NCBI GenBank assembly: GCA_050633245.1
Contig: JBOEGD010000018.1
Coordinates: 96,001 to 160,000, forward strand
DNA length: 64,000 nucleotides
Direction of reading: 5' to 3'
Source: Calditrichia bacterium
Lineage (GTDB): Bacteria; Calditrichota; Calditrichia; RBG-13-44-9; J075
Shown here: positions 36,869 to 45,758 of the stretch, one piece after another
How positions within the stretch are numbered: position 1 is the stretch's first letter
How the letters are laid out: each line of letters opens with the position of its first letter
Program-made: the position numbers and the translations under genes
Notes under the pieces: generated by a model
Told to the model about the DNA's origin: nothing
What the model saw: the letters and a program-made list of their open reading frames with translations, nothing else
The model's database searches: none

Positions 36869-38218
36869 ATGGAAACCGATTTATTGATTAATGAGTTCTT
36901 TCCACTCAAAAATTTATTACCTCCAGAGAATTTACGTCCTTTCATTGGCAGTCGAGCCGGACTGGTTAAACAGATTATACAAAATGGAATTGAACCCGAT
37001 GAGGCGCATCTTTTTCATTTGTCAGTAGTTACATCAAACGCGTCGATTCTTCTACAGCAGCCATCACTCGATATTCGTGCCGCCGGAAGCGGCTCGACCT
37101 ATCGTGAAGCTTTTGGTTGTGCAGTAGGGGAAGTCGTTGAACGATCGGCTCTCGCCTCATATGATAAGAAAGCGATAGTCAGAGGCTCTTATCGCGAGCT
37201 TAGCCAAAGAGGGGTTGAGGTTCTGAGTCCAGAGCAACTGGATTTGTTTTCCAAAGAGCAATATACCAATTCAGATTTCTTGTTCGAGCCATTTACCGAT
37301 ACAGCTGAGCTCGGCTGGACAGAAGGAGTTAACTTGCTTACCGGCAAACCTGTATTGGTTCCCGCCCAAGCCGTTTTGATGAGCTATAAACCGTTCCCCG
37401 GAGAGGCATTCATTACATACTCCACAACATCTGGCTGTGCTTGTGCAACCAGTATGGAATCTGCGATTATTAAGTGTGTTTATGAGCAGGTTGAAAGAGA
37501 CGCCGTTATGTTAACCTGGCTGACGAAAACTAGTCCACCAGGTGTAGATGCTGAGAAAATTGTAAGCGCGGCTCTTTTGAAGAAGCTGAATATGCAGAAC
37601 AATTCAGCCACTGATGTGTATGATCTGCGCTATTTGTCCTATGGAATTGATATCCCGGTATTTCTTGGAATCTTACAAAGGAAGATTGCAGGGAAAAAAC
37701 GATTGCTGATTGGAGCAGCGGCAAATCTCTGTGCTCAGGCTGCTTCCGAAAAAGCATTACTTGAAACGGCCCAATCAATCCCTTTTTTAAAGCTGATTTT
37801 AGCGAGTAATCCCAACCCGGATTTTGCCGGTATTTCGTTCAACGATTTCGAAAAGAATTTACGTTATTATGCAGACGAGAGAAATCAACATCATTTAACG
37901 TTTCTTCAAGAAAATAACGACGTCTTTGCAACGGAGAAACTGCCTGACCACAAAAGCAGAACGACAGAGGAAAACCTGACGTTTATTCTGAAAACTTTGA
38001 AAAGGAATAATCTTACTCCAATCGCCATCGATCACGGTAATGCTGAATATAGAGATCTTGGCTTTCATGTACTTCGCGTCTTTATCCCCGAATTACTACA
38101 GCTTTATACACCAAACGCTCCATTCCTTGGAAATCGAAGAATGCACAGCGTTCTTGGAAAGCTTGGCAAACAAGAAACAGTAAATGATCTCAACCTTCTC
38201 CCACACCCAATGCCCTGA
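36869..38218 (+). CDS. Stand-alone YcaO (SagD-like cyclodehydratase)
   Basis: AVGEVVER, STTSGCA, YEQVERDA, KALLE, C-terminal PHPMP. Confidence 0.9.
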   Translation: METDLLINEFFPLKNLLPPENLRPFIGSRAGLVKQIIQNGIEPDEAHLFHLSVVTSNASILLQQPSLDIRAAGSGSTYREAFGCAVGEVVERSALASYDKKAIVRGSYRELSQRGVEVLSPEQLDLFSKEQYTNSDFLFEPFTDTAELGWTEGVNLLTGKPVLVPAQAVLMSYKPFPGEAFITYSTTSGCACATSMESAIIKCVYEQVERDAVMLTWLTKTSPPGVDAEKIVSAALLKKLNMQNNSATDVYDLRYLSYGIDIPVFLGILQRKIAGKKRLLIGAAANLCAQAASEKALLETAQSIPFLKLILASNPNPDFAGISFNDFEKNLRYYADERNQHHLTFLQENNDVFATEKLPDHKSRTTEENLTFILKTLKRNNLTPIAIDHGNAEYRDLGFHVLRVFIPELLQLYTPNAPFLGNRRMHSVLGKLGKQETVNDLNLLPHPMP

Positions 38219-38397
38219 GACTGAATATTCTTTTGAGGATGGGCTTCTATCCTGCTACTTAAATTCCCCGATACGAGTAAAATGTACTTTTTCTGTGCAA
38301 AATCGTATCAGAAAAAGTTTTTTTAATATAATTTCTTGACATTTTTAAGTTTCTGTTATAAAGTATAAAACAATATCGTTCAAAACGCTCTTTTTTG

Positions 38398-38426
38398 TTG
38401 ACATGAATATTTATTCTTTATATGTT
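38398..38426 (+). promoter_or_regulatory. Candidate sigma70 promoter upstream of the two-component pair
   Basis: TTGACA-N17-TATGTT. A second TTGACA...TATAAA lies at 38336-38362. Confidence 0.4.
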
Positions 38427-38792
38427 GAATATATGAGCTTTTGATCCTCCTCCCAGCCTTCTCGAATTGCTGCGTGTCATTTGAGAAGTGAGGATCCTGG
38501 CTATTGTCTTGTAACTTTCTAAAATTATTTTTGTATTTATCCAATTAGATGTATGATCATCTAATGCTAGATTGGAAGAAAATGCGCTGCTTGTCTCGTC
38601 TCTTCATTTATGAGAAGCCGGATTATCCCGCTTTCCCTATTGGAAAAGGTAAAAATCTAATGACTGAGTCATCCGGACTCAAAAAAAAGACCCGTTTATC
38701 GGTTCAAGGCTTTTGGCGTCATCTTCTAAGCTCTACTCCATCTCTCTCTATTTTAGCCGCTTATCTCTCCGACTGTGTTGGTGTAGTGTTAA

Positions 38793-39587
38793 ATGATTTT
38801 TCCTTTCTTGAATTTGCTGAACTCTGTTAAAAGCCGTGTTTCCGATATGAAGCTGCTTCAAAAACGTGTTTTAAAACAGGACGATAAAATGAAAGTTGTT
38901 AGTGACCCAATTAAGACGGATTTACTCCTTGAAGATGTCGAGAACATTAGAGGAGAAGAACGAAAAAGACTTGCAGTAGAAATTCATGATGTATTTGGGC
39001 AGTTATTAGGAAGTGCACATGTAAATGCTCTGCTTCTGAAGCAGCATGTTGAACGCCAGGATTATAACGCAGTTCTTCGAAAGGTCGACCAGGTAATTTC
39101 TCTTGTTGAAAAGTCTCTGCATAGAGTGAAAGATACGGCAGTTCTACTACATACTGAGTCGGTTAAGGGAGATAATATTTTAGAGATTTTCGAACGACAC
39201 TGTCTGGAATTTACTGAAGAGAGTGGTGTTAACTGTAAAGTGGAGTGTCGGTTAGATCAGAAAGAGATGGGAACAGACTTGGGGACGACTCTTTTTTGCA
39301 TCTTACTGGAAGGGTTGCGAAACGTCTCAAAACATGCAAACGCCTCTGCTGTAAACGTTACGCTGAGTGGAAACATTGGAGAGTCTATCATCCTCGAAAT
39401 TAGAGATAATGGAGATGGTATCTCCTCACAACAAACTAAAAATCCGTTTTCACTGGGAATTTGGGGAATGAAATACCGTGCTAATCGTTTAGGTGGAAGC
39501 TTTAGTATTTCTTCCGGACAACCAATGGGGACTAATTTACGTGTCGCCTTACCATGGACAATCAAAAGAGTTAATGGGTTCGAATGA
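38793..39587 (+). CDS. Cytoplasmic HisKA_3 histidine kinase lacking an obvious sensor domain
   Basis: ERKRLAVEIHDVFGQ, EGLRNVSKHA, RDNGDG, SLGIWGMKYRA. Start may be later (38847 or 38889). Confidence 0.85.
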   Translation: MIFPFLNLLNSVKSRVSDMKLLQKRVLKQDDKMKVVSDPIKTDLLLEDVENIRGEERKRLAVEIHDVFGQLLGSAHVNALLLKQHVERQDYNAVLRKVDQVISLVEKSLHRVKDTAVLLHTESVKGDNILEIFERHCLEFTEESGVNCKVECRLDQKEMGTDLGTTLFCILLEGLRNVSKHANASAVNVTLSGNIGESIILEIRDNGDGISSQQTKNPFSLGIWGMKYRANRLGGSFSISSGQPMGTNLRVALPWTIKRVNGFE

Positions 39588-40216
39588 TAAACATTTTATT
39601 AGTAGATGATCATCCTGCCTTCAGGTATGGTGTAAAAGAAATTTTACAAGGTTTCTCGCAGAAAGTAGAAGTTGATGAAGCTGGGAACGCAAAGGCTGCA
39701 TTAAACTGTGCCTTGAAAAAGGAATATCAAATTGCGTTCCTGGATATCAGCATGCCGGGACGTAGCGGGTTGGACATACTGCAAGATCTTAAGCAATCGA
39801 CTCCTCAAATAAAAGTTATCGTTCACAGCATGCATGCCGAGGAACAGTATGCTCTAAGAGCTCTTAAAGAAGGGGCTTCCGGATATTTGCCAAAATCATC
39901 CAGGTTAGAGCTTTACCATGAAGTGTTGCAAAATGTGCTTGATGGTAAAACATATTTTAGCGCGGCCGTTGTGAATGAATTGTTAACCATGTTAAATCAA
40001 CCTGATTCCGTTGCTGCCCATCAACTGTTGACAACCCGCCAATACACGATAATGATGTTGATTGTACAAGGTAAAAAATTAATTGAAATCGCGGAAGAAC
40101 TGTCCATTAGCTTAAGTGCGGTGAGCAATGCGCGCTCGAAAATTCTGAAAACGATGAATCTATCGGGCAATTCTGAGTTAATTCGCTACGCTGTTAAAAA
40201 CAATCTTATTGAATAA
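39584..40216 (+). CDS. NarL-family response regulator
   Basis: LLVDDH, LDISMPGRSG, GASGYLPK, LuxR HTH. Overlaps the kinase stop (ATGA). Confidence 0.92.
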   Translation: MINILLVDDHPAFRYGVKEILQGFSQKVEVDEAGNAKAALNCALKKEYQIAFLDISMPGRSGLDILQDLKQSTPQIKVIVHSMHAEEQYALRALKEGASGYLPKSSRLELYHEVLQNVLDGKTYFSAAVVNELLTMLNQPDSVAAHQLLTTRQYTIMMLIVQGKKLIEIAEELSISLSAVSNARSKILKTMNLSGNSELIRYAVKNNLIE

Positions 40217-40539
40217 TCTCACACCCTTTTTAACTTCTCGCTTTTTTTGTAGTCCTTCCTTTACTCTTTGGTCGTATTGCTAGCCATTGCACGTCGATTT
40301 AATATAAAAACACCTGTCATTTATTTACATAAATTCGATTGTTTCTTTTCAATTATAGCATATACATCTTTGCTGCCACTGCGGGATCGTGTATACCCAG
40401 AGTGCATTTCTCCAAGCTTTTTTGCAGTGTTCTACCGTTTACATGTCAATTTCCGGCGGCTATATTGGTAGAGTGCCAAAAACGGCAATCTTCAGCGTGG
40501 GACATCCAGCTCACCTCCTTCCATTGGAAAGGCGAATTA

Positions 40540-41265
40540 ATGAAGAAAATCCTTATCGTCACACCAAGTAAGCTCGTAAAAAGTTGTAGCTGTTTTCAAA
40601 ACTCAGCCAGTAATACATCCCGGCTTGAGGTACGTTCAACGGATTGGGAAAATTTACCGGAGCATTTTAGTCCGGATATCTTAATTCTCAAATCGTCAGC
40701 AGTGAGCGTAGATTTGATTACACGGATGTTGGTTTTGCAGCGTATGTACCGAAGTTCGGAGTTGCTGCTATGTGTTGAGGAGATTCCTCAATCATTTGGA
40801 CGCCTGATAAAGGAATTAAAGGTTCAATGCAATGCCTGCTTGCACGACAGCTGTAAGCGACTCGTTCAAACCAGCGTTGATTTAGATTCCCTCCTTTCCA
40901 AACTTCTCCAAAATGTAAAAAGCCCCAAATCGATTACAAGACAGTTGATTGAATTATTGAAAGCCCGTCCCTGGGAAGCCAATCTGAGTAGCTTTGCCGA
41001 AGATTTAAACATCTCTCCGGATCATGCTTCAAGAGTATTTCGTGGAGATACCGGCTATAATTTCAGGGATTTTATCAACGAACTCAAGCTATCAACGGCG
41101 AAAAAAATGCTTGAGGATTATAATGCCGATATCTTTGAGATCGCTCGTAAGGTTGGTTTTAAAGAGGTGAATAGTTTTCATCGCTTTTTTCGAAGTAAGG
41201 CGGGTATTTCTCCAAAACAATACTACAAGTCGATTCATGATAGAAAGATGAAGGACGTTATTTAA
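40540..41265 (+). CDS. AraC-family transcriptional regulator with a Cys-rich N-domain
   Basis: C-terminal double HTH (AEDLNISPDHASRVFR..IARKVGF..FHRFFRSKAGISPKQY). N-domain contains CSC and CxxCxxxxC. Confidence 0.85.
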   Translation: MKKILIVTPSKLVKSCSCFQNSASNTSRLEVRSTDWENLPEHFSPDILILKSSAVSVDLITRMLVLQRMYRSSELLLCVEEIPQSFGRLIKELKVQCNACLHDSCKRLVQTSVDLDSLLSKLLQNVKSPKSITRQLIELLKARPWEANLSSFAEDLNISPDHASRVFRGDTGYNFRDFINELKLSTAKKMLEDYNADIFEIARKVGFKEVNSFHRFFRSKAGISPKQYYKSIHDRKMKDVI

Positions 41266-41275
41266 GGTCGATTAC

Positions 41276-41932
41276 TCACCGAAAGAATATCTCCCCAAAA
41301 AATTCCGGACGATGAAAGTCTGGTTTCGGATGATCAACAGGTGCCCATGTAAGCCAGTGAGGGTGACTGGATTTATCCGCACACTTGTAGAAGTTAGCGC
41401 GCCAAACGGTGTCTGGAGCAGGACGCTCCACCGAGGCATAGTGCTCAAGAATCGTGAATGGTAAACGGTATTCCACTCCCCAGGTAATGTCGGTTTTTAT
41501 CTCCTTATTAATACTCCCTTTAAGCGTATGCGCAATGTCTACCTTATTGCGTTCATCCGTGCGAAGAACTACACCCTCTCGCGGTGCCTTTTGCGCATGA
41601 AAAAGCATCTTGCCGCAACAGTTCATCTCAAGATTAAAATACCGGGTTGTTTGTTGCCGGCTTGGCGAGAAGAAAAATTCAACGCAACTGTCTTCATATA
41701 CCGGATCTTCATGCGCAGTTGCCATAGCTCTGACGTATTGGTCTTCAACCCGAAAGATGACGTAAAGCGCTTCACTACAGTAAGCAACTTTAAACTGGAC
41801 ATCGGGGAAATGGTTCGGATGTTCTCCCATATGGTGTGTTAGCGTTTCCGCCCGAATGCTTTTCCAGTTGTCATGCTCCCAATTTGCACTTACCTGATGA
41901 TGTGATGGCATTCTGCCAGCTATACAGCACAT
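41276..41932 (-). CDS. Carbohydrate-binding family 9-like (CBM9-like) protein
   Basis: VYEDSCVEFF, YFNLEMN, WRANFYKC, PDFHRPEFFG. RBS GAGGA. Confidence 0.8.
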   Translation of the reverse strand: MCCIAGRMPSHHQVSANWEHDNWKSIRAETLTHHMGEHPNHFPDVQFKVAYCSEALYVIFRVEDQYVRAMATAHEDPVYEDSCVEFFFSPSRQQTTRYFNLEMNCCGKMLFHAQKAPREGVVLRTDERNKVDIAHTLKGSINKEIKTDITWGVEYRLPFTILEHYASVERPAPDTVWRANFYKCADKSSHPHWLTWAPVDHPKPDFHRPEFFGEIFFR

Positions 41933-42149
41933 ATAAACTTCCTCTTTCTATCAATAGAGACGATTGGGATGAAATAATACAGAATATCAACCCAATATTG
42001 CAAAAACATCTACAAAAAATGGGGTTTATTACCTTATTATCTTTTGCTTACGTAAGGTGCTGCACAGTTCAGTTGATCTTGCGCTCCGTATATTTAAGAA
42101 CCGGTATTATACTACCGATACTGCTAGAGTATGTTAATAGGGGAAACCA

Positions 42150-43616
42150 ATGTCAGGACTGAAACAACTTTTTGTATTTACGACTATTCTGTTTTTGAGT
42201 GGAGAGACGTTACTTGCACAGTCACCGGGTGTAATTGACTTAAATAGTTTACCGGATTATGCCGGGCAAACAGCACCGATCTACATTGAGAAAGATAATA
42301 CACCGCTTGGTAATGCAATCACGAATGAAGGCGCAACACTTGGTCGAGTAATTTTTTACGACAAACGGATATCTGTTAATAATACCATTGCCTGTGCGAG
42401 TTGCCATCAACAGCAATTTGCTTTTGGCGATCCGGCAAATGTGAGCACCGGAGTCAATGGTACCACCGGACGCCACTCGATGCGCCTGGTAAATGCCCGA
42501 TTTGCAGACGAAACAAGGTTTTTTTGGGATGAACGCGCAAGCTCTCTTGAAGAACAGACGACTATGCCGATTCAAGATCATGCCGAGATGGGGTTCAGCG
42601 GTTCTCAGGGAGATCCGGCATTAGATTCATTGCTTACAAAAATGTCTCAACAAAAGTACTATCGTGTGCTTTTTGCTGCGGTTTACGGAGATAGTGTCAT
42701 TACCGAAGATCGAATGCAGAGAGCCATCGCTCAATTTATTCGCAGCATTCAGTCATTCGATTCGCGCTTCGACACCGGTCGTGCCCAGGTGGCGAATGAC
42801 GGAGCGCCGTTTCCCAATTTTTCGAATCAGGAAAATCAGGGTAAAAATCTGTTTCTTATGCCACCGCAGTTTAACCAAACGGGTACACGTGTAGGTGGCG
42901 GTGTTGGCTGTGCCGGATGTCATGGCCCACCGGAGTTCGACATTAACCCTAATTCTGGTAATAATGGGGTGGTGGTCTCCATTGGTGGAGGAACTGATTT
43001 TACCAACACGCGTGCACCTTCTTTGCGTGATGTTGTCGATGGTAATGCGAATCTTAATGGATCGCTCATGCACGATGCCGGTTTTCCCAGTTTGCTTTCG
43101 GTTGTGAATCACTACAATAATATTCAACCTGCTCCGGGTATTGACCCAAGGCTGACGCCGGGTGGTAATGGACAGAATTTGGCGCTCACTCAAAATGAGA
43201 AGGACAATCTGGTCGCATTTCTCGAGACGTTAACCGGATCTGATATATATGCCAACCCAATTTGGAGCACGCCTTTCGATGGTAATGGTGATTTAACAGT
43301 TATTCCGCAGGGAACGACTGGTATCGAGCCCGGATCTGGTGAACTGATTGCCGATTTTGTCCTTCGCCAAAATTATCCAAATCCCTTTAACCCGACGACA
43401 ACGATTGGATATGTGCTGAAGCGAGAAGGCCTGGTGCAATTATCTGTGTTCGATTTGCTGGGTAGGGAAGTTGCAGTTCTGGTAAATCAAAACCAGGCGA
43501 TCGGTAGCTATAGCAGCGCGTTCGATGCTACAAAGCAACCGGCAGGAATTTATCTTTATCGGCTTAGCTTTAACGGAATTCCTGTGCAAACTAAAAAGAT
43601 GTTGCTGGCAAAATAA
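42150..43616 (+). CDS. Di-heme cytochrome c peroxidase/MauG-family protein with C-terminal sorting domain
   Basis: LGRVIFYDKRIS, CASCH, FFWDERA, CAGCH, RAPSLR, MHDA, LVAFLETL, then QNYPNPFNP. Confidence 0.88.
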   Translation: MSGLKQLFVFTTILFLSGETLLAQSPGVIDLNSLPDYAGQTAPIYIEKDNTPLGNAITNEGATLGRVIFYDKRISVNNTIACASCHQQQFAFGDPANVSTGVNGTTGRHSMRLVNARFADETRFFWDERASSLEEQTTMPIQDHAEMGFSGSQGDPALDSLLTKMSQQKYYRVLFAAVYGDSVITEDRMQRAIAQFIRSIQSFDSRFDTGRAQVANDGAPFPNFSNQENQGKNLFLMPPQFNQTGTRVGGGVGCAGCHGPPEFDINPNSGNNGVVVSIGGGTDFTNTRAPSLRDVVDGNANLNGSLMHDAGFPSLLSVVNHYNNIQPAPGIDPRLTPGGNGQNLALTQNEKDNLVAFLETLTGSDIYANPIWSTPFDGNGDLTVIPQGTTGIEPGSGELIADFVLRQNYPNPFNPTTTIGYVLKREGLVQLSVFDLLGREVAVLVNQNQAIGSYSSAFDATKQPAGIYLYRLSFNGIPVQTKKMLLAK

Positions 43617-43626
43617 GCCCGGTATT

Positions 43627-43666
43627 TGAACTGCCGAGGATCATGATCGGCAGTTCATGTTTTCTT
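43627..43666 (+). terminator. Intrinsic terminator
   Basis: TGAACTGCCGA-N9-TCGGCAGTTCA followed by TGTTTTCTT. Confidence 0.7.
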
Positions 43667-43725
43667 CAATTTTCACAGGCTGACCGCAATCACTCCGCAA
43701 TCAGTAAAATCGAATATATTCCCCA

Positions 43726-45573
43726 TTGATATTCATCTTTTTTAAATGCTATACGGCATGCTTTTTGCCGATTATATCACCAGAAATAGCATTGATTAAA
43801 TCAATTAAGGGGTTTGTTTTGCAGTTTTCTAAAAAAAGTGTATGGATTTTGCTCACATTAGTGTTTTTCTGGTACAGTTGCGGTTCAGATACCGCAAATT
43901 CGCCAAATGATCGCAATTCTGATGATACCGGCTCAGTAACGATTCGTCTCACTGATTCTCCGGCAGATTTCGAAAACGTTTATATTGCTATCGATGAAGT
44001 GAGCCTCATTTCCAATGGAAATGCGGTAAGCGTAATTGATACAACCATTCTTGTCGATTTACTGAAGTGGAATAATGGTGCATCTGTCTTAATTGCAACT
44101 GGTGACGTTCCCGTCGGGGAATACGATGCCGTTGAACTTAAGATTGGCTATGCGATCGTTCGTGTCGATCAGCAATCTTATCCCGCCAACGTAGACTTAA
44201 ATGATCAGAATGGCCGTCGGATCAGCTTTCCGATGGATATTACGTCTGGTAGTCAAAGTGAGGTTGTGCTGGATTTTGATGCGTCACGCTCTGTCCGCGA
44301 AAGCGGATCCACGAGCAATCCGATTTTTTCCCTACGGCCGAAAATTCGTGCGGTTTCACCTGCAAACACCGGAGCAATTGCCGGCAGTGTGGTCAATCCC
44401 GGTAATGGGGCAATGGCCTATGCCATTAGCTCAGGTGATACAATCGGTGGAACAATTATAGACAGATCTGATAATTCTTTTAAGCTGGCATTTCTGCCTG
44501 AAGGCAGCTACGTGGTTGCCGTTGAAGATGGACAGGGATCGGCTTACTATCAAACTAACGTAGCTGTGAGTTCGGGTAGCGATAATGACCTGGGTGCACT
44601 GACGCTGGAGTCTGCCACAGGCGGAACGTCAGTTTGCGGCAATGGAATATGTGAAGACGGTGAGGATGAAAATAATTGTCCTGAAGACTGTGGTCAGACT
44701 ACCGGACCGATTTGCGGTAATGGCATTTGTGAAGATGGTGAGGACGAGAACAATTGTCCGTCTGACTGCGGAAATACCGGCCCGAGTGAACACTTCGATA
44801 CCGAGCGCGCTAAGCCGGGTGTCGTAGGCGCCGTTAGCTGGCGTAGTCAAGCCGAAATTAACCGAGATCATCATGGAAGTAATGACATTGGTGATCCTGC
44901 TTATCCGCAGTACGATCCAACTCTTGATGCAGCCAAACTGTTTATTATGGACGGAGAGCCACTTTCCCAGTTGCGTTTTGAGTTTCAGTATGTTTCCGGA
45001 TCGGTTTGGACACAGCATGAAATTATGCTCGGACCGACATTGTTTACAAATGACTATACGCCGTATGGCATGAAGCTCTGGCGATGGGAAGATCCTGACA
45101 AAATTGAATGCACCGATGAAAGACGGTTAACAATGAATGTTGGCTTCGATACGGCTCCGCACGTTTACCACCGTGATGGTTGTCCGATCCCGGAGGGCGA
45201 AGTGCGCTTGTGGAATACAGCTGCAGATGCCTGGGATGAACAGCCCGGCGGTGAAACGAGCTGTATTTGGGAAGCAAATACGCCTCACCCTGAATGCTTT
45301 CGCTGGGCACCGGGTGTGTGGGTTCGTATGACGTATCACTTCGATTTCGTTGGTAAAACGCTTCACATTTGGGCACGGCGTTTTGATGAGGAAACCACGT
45401 ATAAGATTGTTGAATTTAGCGTTCCGGATTGGAATAACAACTATGGATTCAGCGTGGCTGGCGCGTGGCTTCACTCAACATCCCGAACGCACGGTAACTG
45501 GGATTCGGGTTTACCAACGGCACATATTTACGCCAGAAATCAGATTATTTCGACTAATCCAATTGGCTTCTAG
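43726..45573 (+). CDS. DUF4382 lipoprotein with a carboxypeptidase-regulatory-like domain, two Cys-rich repeats and a Trp-rich C-terminal beta-domain
   Basis: Lipobox WYS-C, IRLTDSPA, VVLDFDASRS, LRPKIR. True start is probably nearer 43819. Confidence 0.7.
   Translation: MIFIFFKCYTACFLPIISPEIALIKSIKGFVLQFSKKSVWILLTLVFFWYSCGSDTANSPNDRNSDDTGSVTIRLTDSPADFENVYIAIDEVSLISNGNAVSVIDTTILVDLLKWNNGASVLIATGDVPVGEYDAVELKIGYAIVRVDQQSYPANVDLNDQNGRRISFPMDITSGSQSEVVLDFDASRSVRESGSTSNPIFSLRPKIRAVSPANTGAIAGSVVNPGNGAMAYAISSGDTIGGTIIDRSDNSFKLAFLPEGSYVVAVEDGQGSAYYQTNVAVSSGSDNDLGALTLESATGGTSVCGNGICEDGEDENNCPEDCGQTTGPICGNGICEDGEDENNCPSDCGNTGPSEHFDTERAKPGVVGAVSWRSQAEINRDHHGSNDIGDPAYPQYDPTLDAAKLFIMDGEPLSQLRFEFQYVSGSVWTQHEIMLGPTLFTNDYTPYGMKLWRWEDPDKIECTDERRLTMNVGFDTAPHVYHRDGCPIPEGEVRLWNTAADAWDEQPGGETSCIWEANTPHPECFRWAPGVWVRMTYHFDFVGKTLHIWARRFDEETTYKIVEFSVPDWNNNYGFSVAGAWLHSTSRTHGNWDSGLPTAHIYARNQIISTNPIGF
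44635..44769 (+). repeat. Two intragenic 57-nt repeats (period 78 nt) encoding CGNGICEDGEDENNCP(E/S)DC
   Basis: 44635-44691 and 44713-44769 encode near-identical peptides with synonymous DNA differences. Confidence 0.9.
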
Positions 45574-45584
45574 GTTTTTTTGTC

Positions 45585-45614
45585 TTCAGTGGCGTAATTA
45601 ATTACGCCACTGAA
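45585..45614. terminator. Perfect 30-bp palindrome after the DUF4382 gene
   Basis: TTCAGTGGCGTAATT|AATTACGCCACTGAA. Confidence 0.6.
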
Positions 45615-45758
45615 TGGCTGCTTTTTCCCACCGATTTTTTTACCTTTCCTGACTCCATTCGATCCGATTTGATTATGAAAAATCGGTTTGTTCCCTTCAT
45701 TTATTAATCGTTTATGTGGTTCAAGACGATACTGCTTAGGTAGCTATTTATCCTGGGA

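Noticed and set aside
13100-38400. Toxin + RiPP region as a mobile genomic island
   Set aside because: I saw no integrase, transposase, tRNA or flanking direct repeats, and I cannot establish a compositional shift by eye.
38549-38830. 93-aa ORF upstream of the kinase
   Set aside because: It has no RBS or recognisable motif and lies in AT-rich intergenic-type sequence, so it was not called as a gene.
44635-44769. Direct repeats considered as a CRISPR array
   Set aside because: There are only two copies, in frame, with synonymous changes, so this is a protein repeat. No cas genes are present.
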